The position numbers were made by a program, and so were the translations under genes. A stretch of 63,094 nucleotides of DNA, counting the filler, from an uncultured bacterium (lineage in GTDB: Bacteria > Auribacterota > CAZIXI01): the NCBI GenBank assembly GCA_964543115.1. It is 9 parts of 9 records of this genome, joined end to end, with 100 filler letters (N's around TTAATTAATTAA, not from the genome) between each part and the next. Parts side by side here need not be neighbours in the genome. Positions count along the whole stretch, not along the records: positions 49,471 to 56,297 come from CAZIXI010000187.1; positions 56,398 to 63,094 come from CAZIXI010000188.1; 7 more parts are not named here. One strand, given 5' to 3'. The notes below the pieces were generated by a model. That model did not search any database. It was not told the origin of the DNA and worked only from the letters and a program-made list of their open reading frames with translations. This document shows positions 52,937 to 61,871 of this stretch, piece by piece; position 1 is the stretch's first letter, and each line of letters opens with the position of its first letter.

Positions 52937-53542
52937 ATGAAAAAAGCATTATTAATCAACGCGCATCAATTTTATGAAGGTTTTTCCGAAGGCAAACTGA
53001 ACAAAACTATGGTCGGTGTCATGAAAGAAGAACTAGAGGCTAAAGACTGTGAGGTGAAACTGACATATATTGAGAAAGGCTATGATATTAATAAAGAAGT
53101 GGAAAAGCACCTATGGGCGGATCTTATCATCACCCAATCCCCGGTTTATTGGTTCGGTACTCCATGGATTTATAAAAAATATATCGATGAAGTATTTACT
53201 ACAGGTCTTGTTCAACAAAGCTTAATAATTGATGATGGAAGAACACGTAAAGACCCTGATAAGCAGTATGGAACCGGCGGAAAAATGCAAGGTAAAAAAT
53301 ACATGCTATCGTTAACCTGGAATGCGCCAGAAGAAGCCTTTGGAAATAAAGCTCAGAATCTGTTTGAAGGTAAAACTGTTAACGAAGTATTTATTGCCAA
53401 TACATCTGTTTATAAATTTTGCGGAGCAGAAATTTTATCTTCTTTTTCCTGTTACGATGTGATGAAAAATGCAGACGTGGAAAATGATAAAAAAAGATTA
53501 AGACAATATTTCGATAGCGTTTTTAATACAAAAATCCCCTGA
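52937..53542 (+). CDS. NAD(P)H-dependent (quinone) oxidoreductase, MdaB/flavodoxin-fold
   Basis: EVEKHLWAD, QSPVYWFGTPW..KKYIDEV, YGTGG, SLTWNAP. Confidence 0.88.
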   Translation: MKKALLINAHQFYEGFSEGKLNKTMVGVMKEELEAKDCEVKLTYIEKGYDINKEVEKHLWADLIITQSPVYWFGTPWIYKKYIDEVFTTGLVQQSLIIDDGRTRKDPDKQYGTGGKMQGKKYMLSLTWNAPEEAFGNKAQNLFEGKTVNEVFIANTSVYKFCGAEILSSFSCYDVMKNADVENDKKRLRQYFDSVFNTKIP

Positions 53543-53617
53543 CAATCGCATCAACTCGGACTGTCAAAAGCTGCGCTGATCTGACCTTTTGACAGCAGGT
53601 TATAAAAAGCATTATAA
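53537..53617 (+). mobile_element. Degenerate attC-like site
   Basis: CCCTGAC containing the stop codon, then AATCGCATCAACTCGGA, a perfect 10-bp stem CTGTCAAAAG/CTTTTGACAG, CAGGTTAT, and AAGCATTAT where AAGCGTTAT would be expected. Confidence 0.6.
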
Positions 53618-53664
53618 TGGGAAAAGAAAGTCCGAGCCTGAACCGTACTCAGGATGTGAAACAA

Positions 53665-54651
53665 ATGAGGTGTTTTGTAAGAATCGTTTTTTTCTGTTTA
53701 ACAATCATCATGGCCTTTTCAATCCATGAAGGAGCTGAAGCCGAAATGAGTCCATATTCTCTTCCTGAATCGGTTGGCGCCTGGAGCAGACCTGAATACC
53801 CTAAGATAATCGATTCCACCAATATCTTCAAATATATGAACGGGGCCGGTGAACTCTATCTGGGATACCGTTTCGATCATCTTGAAGTATTCGATTACAC
53901 GTCGGAAAATCAGGACAACATCCTCGTGGAATTGTATTTTATGGAAACATCCGACGATGCATTCGGTTTGCTTTCCCTGGATTGGCGCGGTGAACCCGTA
54001 TCCTTTGAAGGCCTCCCTGTAAAATCACCGAACCGTGCTCTTTACGGTGCAGGCTTGCTGCGCATCTGGTCGAATAATCTCTATATTCGGGTTATGGCTT
54101 TCCGTGAAAGCCCTGCCTCAAGACAGGCCGTATTATCTTTAGGTAAGGCAATTACCGCCAACCGGAAGACTTCTCCGGAACCGGAATTATTGAAGTACCT
54201 TGCCCCTCATATTGATTCAGCCTGGAAATTGCGTAGAGACCGATTGAGTTTTTTCCGTTCCTACCTGGCATTAAATTCAATTTATTATCTCAGTCATGAA
54301 AATATACTGGATTTCGATCTCGCAACGGAAGCGGTAATGGCTCCCTATGAACACATTTCCAGAGCTGGTGACCGAACACGCAGCCAGTTTTTGCTGGTCA
54401 AATATGAAAATCTTGAACGTACCCGCAAAGCCCTGAATCATTTTCATGATGCCTATCTGCCGGAGTATAGAAAAGAAATTGCAGCAGACTCAGCCGCTAA
54501 CAGCCCGAATCTTTTTAAGTTAGAGGATGGCTGGATGGCATATAAACTGCTCGGCAAATATATAGCTATCGTGTTTGAATGTCCTGATCAGGAATCTGCC
54601 AGAGTAATCATTCAGAAAAATGAAGCTAATTTGAGGAGGAATCATGAGTGA
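53665..54651 (+). CDS. Secreted hypothetical protein (DUF6599-like)
   Basis: Signal peptide, IFKYMNGAGELYLGYRF, ELYFMETSDDAFG. Confidence 0.6.
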   Translation: MRCFVRIVFFCLTIIMAFSIHEGAEAEMSPYSLPESVGAWSRPEYPKIIDSTNIFKYMNGAGELYLGYRFDHLEVFDYTSENQDNILVELYFMETSDDAFGLLSLDWRGEPVSFEGLPVKSPNRALYGAGLLRIWSNNLYIRVMAFRESPASRQAVLSLGKAITANRKTSPEPELLKYLAPHIDSAWKLRRDRLSFFRSYLALNSIYYLSHENILDFDLATEAVMAPYEHISRAGDRTRSQFLLVKYENLERTRKALNHFHDAYLPEYRKEIAADSAANSPNLFKLEDGWMAYKLLGKYIAIVFECPDQESARVIIQKNEANLRRNHE

Positions 54652-55525
54652 TAAAAAGCCCGTATTAACCAGAAGAGATTTTATACGTGGAACAATCGGC
54701 GTGACCCTCAGTGCTTCGATTATGGGCTTGAATTGGCCTATGGCTGAAGCAAAAGCGGCTCGTTTGAGCTTGGTGACAGTCGTACGCGATAAAAATGCCC
54801 TGGATGCTTCAAGAAATGTAAACATCTCAATCCTGGAAAAAATGCTCGAGCAAACTTTGATCAAGGTTACCGGTCGGAAAAATACAAAAGAGGCCTGGCT
54901 AAGTCTTGTCAGGCCGGATGACATGATCGGACTGGTTCCCACCGAACATTTGAATCCAACCCATGATGAAGTGGTTGATGCTGTGAAAAACTCATTGGTT
55001 GATGCCGGAATTCCGAGAGATAGGATAATATTTGCCCAGGGGGGGCCGTGGAATCCAAAAAAATGTACCGCTTTGATTGCTCTTCCGGCTCTTAAGGCGC
55101 ATTGGCTCACGGGAATCGGCACTGTGCTCAAAGATTATATCATGTTTTCGGGCAGTCCCGACAGTTACCACAAGGGAAACAGTGCCAAATTAGGCGAGAT
55201 CTGGAATCTTCCTTTTGTAAAAGGAAAGACAAAACTTGTTCTGGTTGATTCGTTTTACCCTCTCTGTGACAAAGGGCCTCAGCCTGATCCGAGATACCAA
55301 TGGGCTTATAACGGATTAGTCGCAGGCACAGATCCGGTTGCCGTGGAAACGGTCTGTTTAAAAATCATAACGGAAAAAAGGAAAGCCTTAAGAGGTGAGC
55401 CATGGCCGCTTTCTCCACCCCCCCTATGCGTGGAAGCCGCTGATAAAGTCTATGGATTGGGAACGAGCAAGCTGGAAGAGATAAAAATTGAGCCCTACGG
55501 ATGGGAGAAGGAACTGCTGCTATGA
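54644..55525 (+). CDS. Tat-exported DUF362-like protein
   Basis: LTRRDFIRG signal, LPALKAHWLTGIG, AGTDPVAVE. Confidence 0.7.
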   Translation: MSDKKPVLTRRDFIRGTIGVTLSASIMGLNWPMAEAKAARLSLVTVVRDKNALDASRNVNISILEKMLEQTLIKVTGRKNTKEAWLSLVRPDDMIGLVPTEHLNPTHDEVVDAVKNSLVDAGIPRDRIIFAQGGPWNPKKCTALIALPALKAHWLTGIGTVLKDYIMFSGSPDSYHKGNSAKLGEIWNLPFVKGKTKLVLVDSFYPLCDKGPQPDPRYQWAYNGLVAGTDPVAVETVCLKIITEKRKALRGEPWPLSPPPLCVEAADKVYGLGTSKLEEIKIEPYGWEKELLL

Positions 55526-56297
55526 AATTTGACAAGCCCATCACCCGTAGAGAGTCCATCCGAAGGCTTCTGAAATGGTCCGGATGCGTTACGCTTGCAG
55601 GAGCGGGCCAATGGCCCTTATTCACATCCTCCGATGCGTGGGCGGCGGAGACAAACAAACGGTTTATTGTCGAGGGCTTCGGCCAAACAGAGGGATTTTC
55701 CGTACGAGACTTGACCAGAAAGGTGTTTGAAGCCGCCGGGGGGATCCAACGGTTTGTCTCCCGGGGAGATGTGGTGGCGATCAAGCCGAACATATCCTGG
55801 GCCAGGCATCCACGGTTTGCAGCCACGACAAATCCTGAGGTTCTGTCAGCCGTCATCGAGCTGTGTCAGGAAGCCGGTGCCAGTCGGGTCCGAATCGCCG
55901 ATAACACGATCCACGATGCCAGGAAATGTTTCGCTCTTACCGGGGCCGGAAAGGTTGCCAATGAAACCGGAGCAGACTTGGTTTACCCGCGATCGTCTTT
56001 AATGAGAAAAATGAAATTAAAGGGCAACCGGTTGGATGTGTGGCCGGTGTTCACGCCCCTGGTGGAAGCCGACAAGGTGATCAACCTCCCCGTGGCGAAG
56101 CACCACTCCCTAAGTTCCCTTACCCTGGGAATGAAAAACTGGATTGGGGGGGTAGGTGGGCGCCGGGGATCGCTTCATCAGGATATCCATCGGAGTATTG
56201 TCGATTTGGCACAGTTCTTTAAACCTGAAGTTACTCTGATCGACGCCATCAATATTATGACCCGAAACGGACCTTCCGGCGGCAGCACGGATTATGT
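55522..56297 (+). CDS. Tat-exported DUF362 protein (3'-truncated)
   Basis: ITRRESIRR, VVAIKPNI, TTNPEV, INLPVAKHH, GMKNWIG. Confidence 0.85.
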
Positions 56298-56397
56298 NNN
56301 NNNNNNNNNNNNNNNNNNNNNNNNNNNNNNNNNNNNNNNNNTTAATTAATTAANNNNNNNNNNNNNNNNNNNNNNNNNNNNNNNNNNNNNNNNNNNN
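56298..56397. other. Artificial contig linker
   Basis: 44 N + TTAATTAATTAA + 44 N. Confidence 0.97.
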
Positions 56398-57058
56398 TGA
56401 TTGTCTGTTTGGTATCCGGCACCACACCCACAATATTTATCGTTACCTCATCCGCGGTCTTATGCACCACAAAACAGGCCTCGTTGGGCAGCAGAGTAAC
56501 GGATTTATCCGTTATCTGCGTATCTCCCTGCCACCAGCCCTCACTGCCCGGTACATTAGAGAGCCAGATGGGTTCAGATAGGGCCTGGGTACTGTTGTCC
56601 CAGAGATAGATTTCATCAGCGGCGGTTCTACTGGTATCCGCGTGCAGAGAACCATTATGATCGCCAAAAATACCGCTTATTGTTTTTGCCTCATAGATAT
56701 AGAAACGGTCATTAACGGCTACATTTGATGATAAGGCGGATGACAAGGTAAGCGTGTCCGCGGTATTAGAACTGATCCGGTAATAATACCCTTCTCCTGT
56801 CCCGGAACAAATAAGCAGCACATCATACTGGTAAGCATTTTCCGTCCAGCTCTTATTACTGTCGGTTAGGGTATTAGTGGTGAGAGAGGTTATTTGCCCC
56901 TGCGATCGCTGGAGTGTCTGCAGGGGCAGCGACACACAATTCCAGCCCTGCCTGATAGTAAGTTTATACAACCCTACCTGTGGATCAGCAAAGGCAAGTT
57001 GATATGAATAGAGAAAAATACCTATTGACAAAATTGTAATTATTGATTTTGTCTTCAT
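56398..57058 (-). CDS. Secreted TIGR02597-like protein (3'-truncated)
   Basis: GGAG before the ATG at 57058, signal peptide, GWNCVSLPL, SGTGEGYYYRISSNTADTLTL, ADEIYLWD, GVVP. Confidence 0.55.
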
Positions 57059-57082
57059 ATATAATTCTCCACCAATAAAAAG

Positions 57083-57099
57083 AGCAACTTTCATGCCAA
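57083..57099 (-). promoter_or_regulatory. Sigma-54 (-24/-12) promoter
   Basis: Minus strand TTGGCATG-AAAG-TTGCT matches YTGGCAYG-N4-TTGCW. The ORF-track ATG at 57094 lies inside it. Confidence 0.75.
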
Positions 57100-57139
57100 T
57101 AATTTACTTGTCTTTTTACAGTATCTTTACACAGATAAT

Positions 57140-57152
57140 TAATTAATTGATA
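57140..57152 (-). promoter_or_regulatory. IHF consensus site
   Basis: TATCAA-TTAA-TTA matches WATCAA-N4-TTR, between the sigma-54 promoter and the candidate enhancer. Confidence 0.45.
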
Positions 57153-57199
57153 AACACATAGAAATAGATGGACTGAGGGACTATTTTGAGGCTAAAAAA

Positions 57200-57217
57200 A
57201 TGTCTGGTTATTGGACC
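57200..57217. promoter_or_regulatory. Candidate enhancer (bEBP) site
   Basis: ATGTCT-GGTTA-TTGGACC; the same motif occurs at 60138 and 60162. Confidence 0.4.
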
Positions 57218-57257
57218 TTTCTGGGTGTAGTTTAATCGTACAAGGCTTGGGATGTAA

Positions 57258-57896
57258 TTAAGCTGCGGTGTGGCAATTCATTACTGCATTGACAATGTCG
57301 GAAAGTTCATTTTTGATGGTAAGGAAATCTTTTGTTGCCAGCAGTTCTCGCCTAAAAATACTGGCGCCGCAGGCAACCGCGGAGGCACCGGCAGAGAAAT
57401 ACTCAGGAATATTTTCTTTTCGCACGCCGCCAACCGCCAGGAGTTGGATATTATTGAATGGTCCCTTGAGATAGGAGAAGTATTTTGGCCCAAAAACCGC
57501 GGAAGGAAAAACCTTGACCATGGTGGCGCCGGCATCCCAGGCAGTAAAAACCTCTCCCGGAGTTAAGGCGCCGGGAAACACCGGAATATCATCTCTGATA
57601 CAATGCTCAACCACCTCTTTAACAAAACAAGGCATGACAATAAATTCCGCGCCGGCATCCCGGGCCTCAAATAAAAGGGCATTATTTGTTACCGTCCCGG
57701 CACCAATGTTCAGGCGGCCGGCAGCAGCTTTTTTTGCTCTTTTAATAATTTCCTTAACCCCCTTCGTATTCATGGCAAACTCTATCGTCTGCAGGCCGCT
57801 CTCGACAATACTCTCTATCAGCGGCTCAACAACATCAAGCTCTATACCGCGAATAATACCCAGCAGGGGTAATTCTTTAAATTCCGCAATTTTCAT
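57258..57896 (-). CDS. eda: KDPG/KHG aldolase
   Basis: GIIRG, IGAGTV, FPGALTPGE, VKVFP, AVGGV. Start MKIAEF. Confidence 0.88.
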   Translation of the reverse strand: MKIAEFKELPLLGIIRGIELDVVEPLIESIVESGLQTIEFAMNTKGVKEIIKRAKKAAAGRLNIGAGTVTNNALLFEARDAGAEFIVMPCFVKEVVEHCIRDDIPVFPGALTPGEVFTAWDAGATMVKVFPSAVFGPKYFSYLKGPFNNIQLLAVGGVRKENIPEYFSAGASAVACGASIFRRELLATKDFLTIKNELSDIVNAVMNCHTAA

Positions 57897-57903
57897 TATA
57901 ACG

Positions 57904-58854
57904 TTAATCCAGATCGGCACCGGAAAGTTCTTCGTAAAAATCCCGGTAATCCTCTTTCTTTTCCGACTTGCGCAGGGCCATAGCGGTACGCGGATGTTCA
58001 TTAAGCATACCGGTAATCGCGTAAGGCATAATATAGCCCCACTCTATTTTTTCCCGTAAGGGGATAAACTTTCCCGAGATTACATCCAGTATCGGCCTGA
58101 TATCAAACTTAGGATTCTTAAGAAACCCGATCAACAGCTCCAGCGGACAATTTCCCGCGGCCCGCCCGATACCATAAATTGTTCCGTCAACATAATTGGC
58201 ACCATGAATAATCGCCTCAATGGTATTACTAAAGGCCAGCTGCTGGTTGTTGTGGCAGTGCATGCCCACTTCTTTAGATTTCAGGATGCTTTTAAATTTC
58301 TTCACCAGAAATTCCGTGGTTTCCTGATATAGATTGCCAAAACTATCCACAATATTGATCACCTCCGAGCGGGACTCTTCTTCCAACTGCTGCAGTGCTT
58401 CTGTAAGTTCATTATCAAGCGCCCGGGATATGGCCATTATATTTATCGCGGTTTCATAACCTTTGTCATTGAAATGATTAGCCATATAAATCGCCTTATC
58501 AACATCCTTAACATAAGAAGCGACACGAATAAGACCCACGGGACTTTCCGCGCACGGTTTTACGTCATCGAGCTCCACGCGGCCCACATCAACCATTACC
58601 GATATTTTCGTTTTTGATTCAATGCCATCAATTATTCTATTAATAGCTTCATCATCACAGAACTTCCAGGGACCGAATTCCTTTGCTGAAAACAGCTTCT
58701 TGGAATTCTTATAACCGATCTCCATATAATCCACCCCGGCGGCGGAAATCGCCTTGTAGACCGCCCGGACGAGATCCTCGTCGAAATTATGGTCATTAAT
58801 CAATCCACCGTCCCTAATCGTACAATCAAGCACCTTAATCTTATCCCGAAACAT
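57904..58854 (-). CDS. HMGL-like (DRE-TIM) aldolase/carboxyltransferase-family protein
   Basis: LDCTIRDGG, IVDSFG, HCHNNQQLA, GIGRAAGN. Confidence 0.85.
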   Translation of the reverse strand: MFRDKIKVLDCTIRDGGLINDHNFDEDLVRAVYKAISAAGVDYMEIGYKNSKKLFSAKEFGPWKFCDDEAINRIIDGIESKTKISVMVDVGRVELDDVKPCAESPVGLIRVASYVKDVDKAIYMANHFNDKGYETAINIMAISRALDNELTEALQQLEEESRSEVINIVDSFGNLYQETTEFLVKKFKSILKSKEVGMHCHNNQQLAFSNTIEAIIHGANYVDGTIYGIGRAAGNCPLELLIGFLKNPKFDIRPILDVISGKFIPLREKIEWGYIMPYAITGMLNEHPRTAMALRKSEKKEDYRDFYEELSGADLD

Positions 58855-58881
58855 ATACTACCTCCTTTTTTTAGCCACTTC

Positions 58882-59664
58882 TTAGCCAACAACAAGCACA
58901 ATTATCCCAATCAGCCAGCAATAATAGCTGAAATAATAGAGTTTCCACTCCTTAATGATCTTTAACAACAATCCCAGCGACAAAAAGCCAACTACCATGG
59001 CCAAGATAAAGCCCGGCAGCATCAGCAGCCAATCGGTCTGTATTTCGGCGATCCCTTCCTTAAACTTAAATACTGTTGCCCCCAAGATTGCCGGGATAGC
59101 CAAGATAAAGGAAAATTTTGCCGCCAGTTCACGTTCCAGACGGCAAAACAAACCGGTTGAAATCGTAAAACCGGAACGGGAAATTCCCGGCATAACCGCC
59201 ATCCCCTGGGCAATGCCGATCATAATCGCGTCGATGATTCTTACCTGGCCAACGTTCTTTATTCCGCTGCAAATATTTTTTTTATTTGTCAGAAACAACA
59301 TGACTCCGGTAACCAGCAGCATTGCCCCGACGATTTTCACAGAAGAGAACAATGATTCAATCCACTCATTAAATAATATTCCGATAACCGCAGTCGGGAC
59401 AGAGGCAATAACCAGCAAAATAAAAAGACGAAACTCCAGCGTTTTCGGCTTGAAAATATTAATAATAATCCGCCACAATTCCCGGCGGACGAAAAACACT
59501 ACGGCAATCAATGTGGCCAAATGCAGCAGAATATCAAAAAATACCGGCGGGGTCTCAAAGCCAAACAGTGTCTGAAAAATAACCAGATGCCCGGAACTAC
59601 TTACCGGAAGAAATTCCGTTAATCCCTGAATTATGCCCAGTATTGTATACTTCAATAACTGCAT
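58882..59664 (-). CDS. uppP: Undecaprenyl-diphosphate phosphatase
   Basis: QGLTEFLPVSSSGH, PGISRSG, FSFILAIP. Confidence 0.93.
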   Translation of the reverse strand: MQLLKYTILGIIQGLTEFLPVSSSGHLVIFQTLFGFETPPVFFDILLHLATLIAVVFFVRRELWRIIINIFKPKTLEFRLFILLVIASVPTAVIGILFNEWIESLFSSVKIVGAMLLVTGVMLFLTNKKNICSGIKNVGQVRIIDAIMIGIAQGMAVMPGISRSGFTISTGLFCRLERELAAKFSFILAIPAILGATVFKFKEGIAEIQTDWLLMLPGFILAMVVGFLSLGLLLKIIKEWKLYYFSYYCWLIGIIVLVVG

Positions 59665-59805
59665 ATAAATGTACCCATAATATAGAACGCAGATTCCCGC
59701 GAACACCAAACGCCGCATCCCTTTTATTAATTATTTAATTAGAAGGGACAACAAAAAGCCAGTCCGCGTTAATCTGCGTACTATTAAATAATCTTCCCCC
59801 GGATA

Positions 59806-60036
59806 TTATTCCCCGGAAAAATAACCAATAATCGCGCCGGCAATCGCACCGGTTGCCGCGCCAATAATAGCGTATTTCGTTGTGCCGGCAGTTTTTTCTT
59901 CCTCGGTAGCATATCCATAGGCCGCGCCGGCAATACCGCCAACCGCTCCGCCCATGACTATGCCCTTTTGTGTAGAGGTACAACCTGTAAGCGTAACTAA
60001 TAAAAGCAATACGAGTATAATAGATGCTATTCTCAT
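59806..60036 (-). CDS. Small glycine-zipper lipoprotein
   Basis: Lipobox LTGC, GGAVGGIAG and GAATGAIAGAIIG, strong RBS. Confidence 0.8.
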   Translation of the reverse strand: MRIASIILVLLLLVTLTGCTSTQKGIVMGGAVGGIAGAAYGYATEEEKTAGTTKYAIIGAATGAIAGAIIGYFSGE

Positions 60037-60137
60037 ACTCCTCCTCTCATTTGTTTGTGTCATTATAGGAAATATTTGTAAATATGTAAATAATTAAATG
60101 GCAATACCTCAGCAAGTGTTGTATAATGAAACAAATT

Positions 60138-60179
60138 ATGTCTGATTTGGACCACTATTTATGTCTTATTTTTGGACCA
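60138..60179. promoter_or_regulatory. Tandem candidate enhancer sites
   Basis: ATGTCT-GAT-TTGGACC and ATGTCT-TATTT-TTGGACC. Confidence 0.4.
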
Positions 60180-60227
60180 GCAGATGTATTCTGTTGATTT
60201 TCAAGATGTTATAATTTTCTTTGTCTG

Positions 60228-60244
60228 CTGGCATAGTTATTGCT
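60228..60244 (+). promoter_or_regulatory. Sigma-54 (-24/-12) promoter
   Basis: CTGGCATA-GTTA-TTGCT, with GG and GC at canonical spacing. Confidence 0.6.
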
Positions 60245-60255
60245 TCTTTAGCTGC

Positions 60256-60287
60256 TCTAAGGTAACAGCCTTAGAAAGGAGGTGATC
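60256..60287 (+). promoter_or_regulatory. 5' hairpin plus orphan extended Shine-Dalgarno
   Basis: TCTAAGG-TAACAG-CCTTAGA then AAAGGAGGTGATC, with no start codon at normal spacing. Confidence 0.4.
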
Positions 60288-60361
60288 GAGGTTTTAAAAG
60301 TCTGATCAGAATCCTCAATATGCTAACACTAGGATTTATCTGACAAATTGGAATAGTTTGA

Positions 60362-60467
60362 TTTCTGATTGCGGATTGCAGATTTTTTTTCTGGAATTTG
60401 TACAATTCGTTAAAATATAAATCCGCAATCTAAAATCCGAAATCCGAAATCGGAAATCCAAAATCGA
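60362..60467. repeat. Inverted heptamer-array element, copy C
   Basis: (TTTCTGA)(TTGCGGA)(TTGCAGA)-36 nt-(AATCCGC)(AATCTAA)(AATCCGA)x2(AATCGGA)(AATCCAA)(AATCGAA). Confidence 0.85.
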
Positions 60468-60478
60468 AAGGGGGCATT

Positions 60479-61798
60479 ATGAAAAAGTGTTTTTTATTGT
60501 TTTTTATAGTTTTATCTTTGGCTTTTGCAGGCGCGTCGGCGCAGGCGGCAACCAGCTGGTACCTGCCGGAAGGATCCACCGATAATTTTGATCTCTGGAT
60601 CCTGGTAACAAATCCTAATTCCACAGATGCCAGCATTACTTTTACATTCTATCGTTCCGGCCTAAGTGTGGTAACCGCCACAGCAACAGTAGAAGCTAAC
60701 AATCGCTATTCATTAAACGTAAATAGTGTCGCCGGAATCGGCAGCTCGGCCATATCCACTAAAGTAGAATGCACCAACGGCCTGCAGATCTATGCCGAGC
60801 GGGCAATGTACTGGGATACGGCTACCTTCACCACCTGGGCCGGGGGACATACCGCCCGTGGAATTGCCGCTGATGAGGGATGTTACTACGACTTGACTTC
60901 CGGTTTAGTCTCTACCGGCCTGACCATCAGCAGACCGGGAACCTATGTATTAACGGAAGACCTGGAATTTTCCACACAGGATACTGCCGCAATTACAATT
61001 TCCTCCGATGATGTGACTATTGACTTGAATGGCTTTACGTTAACCGGCCCCGGTCAGGCCGTTGGCACATCGGGAGACGGAATTTACGCGGATAACGTAA
61101 AAAATATTACGGTTAAAAACGGCGTCGTCAGAGATTTTCGCGGCGACGGAATAGATTTGCTCGGGGTAACCGCCTGTCAATCAACAAATGTCTTGAATGT
61201 TACGGCATATAACAACGGGGGATTTGGCATAATTTGCGGCATTGGCGGAACAATATCCGGCTGTACCGCGGATAACAATGCCGGCGGCGGACTCAATTTT
61301 TACCAGGGAGGCGTTGTTAGAGATAACACCTGTTACAATAATACCCACTACGGCATTTTCGTCAACACAAACAACCTTGTTACGAACAACTCGGTGTTTT
61401 ATACCCTGGCCGCAGCCGGCGAAACTGATTCCGCGGGAATAAGAATGAGATACAGTAACAGCATCGTTGACAATCTTGTTGGCGCCAGCCAATACGGCAC
61501 AGTCGTAATTTACGGCATCTACACAGATCAGGATTTCAATTTGATTAAGGGAAACAATATTGCTGACTGCGGGTATCAGGACATACTTTTGGCCAGCGGC
61601 GCCATTGAAAACTATGTTCTGGACAATCACATGGCGGGCTCGGATACAAACGCGAGCTTGGTTATTACTGAAGCCGGCGGTGATAATTTTTACGCTAATA
61701 ACATTTTCGACCGGACAATATCCGCGGCTGGGGGCAACTGGACCGGCAGTACCAGGACATTGGCCAATGTCAACTCGAATAATGGAAATGCCGAATAA
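60479..61798 (+). CDS. Secreted protein: DUF5719-like N domain + right-handed beta-helix
   Basis: Signal peptide, SWYLPEGST...ILVTNPN...ERAMYW, then ITISSDDVTIDLNGF and NN-rich parallel beta-helix repeats. Confidence 0.7.
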   Translation: MKKCFLLFFIVLSLAFAGASAQAATSWYLPEGSTDNFDLWILVTNPNSTDASITFTFYRSGLSVVTATATVEANNRYSLNVNSVAGIGSSAISTKVECTNGLQIYAERAMYWDTATFTTWAGGHTARGIAADEGCYYDLTSGLVSTGLTISRPGTYVLTEDLEFSTQDTAAITISSDDVTIDLNGFTLTGPGQAVGTSGDGIYADNVKNITVKNGVVRDFRGDGIDLLGVTACQSTNVLNVTAYNNGGFGIICGIGGTISGCTADNNAGGGLNFYQGGVVRDNTCYNNTHYGIFVNTNNLVTNNSVFYTLAAAGETDSAGIRMRYSNSIVDNLVGASQYGTVVIYGIYTDQDFNLIKGNNIADCGYQDILLASGAIENYVLDNHMAGSDTNASLVITEAGGDNFYANNIFDRTISAAGGNWTGSTRTLANVNSNNGNAE

Positions 61799-61823
61799 TT
61801 AAAAAAAGCAGTAAACCAACACG

Positions 61824-61871
61824 TCACACACCGGGAGTAACACAATCACACTCCCGGTGTGTGATTTTTTT
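61824..61871 (+). terminator. Intrinsic terminator
   Basis: Perfect 15-bp stem TCACACACCGGGAGT/ACTCCCGGTGTGTGA followed by T7. Confidence 0.85.

Noticed and set aside
57059..57094. ORF-track start at 57094
   Set aside because: That ATG lies inside the sigma-54 -24 box. The ATG at 57058 has a GGAG RBS and begins a signal peptide.
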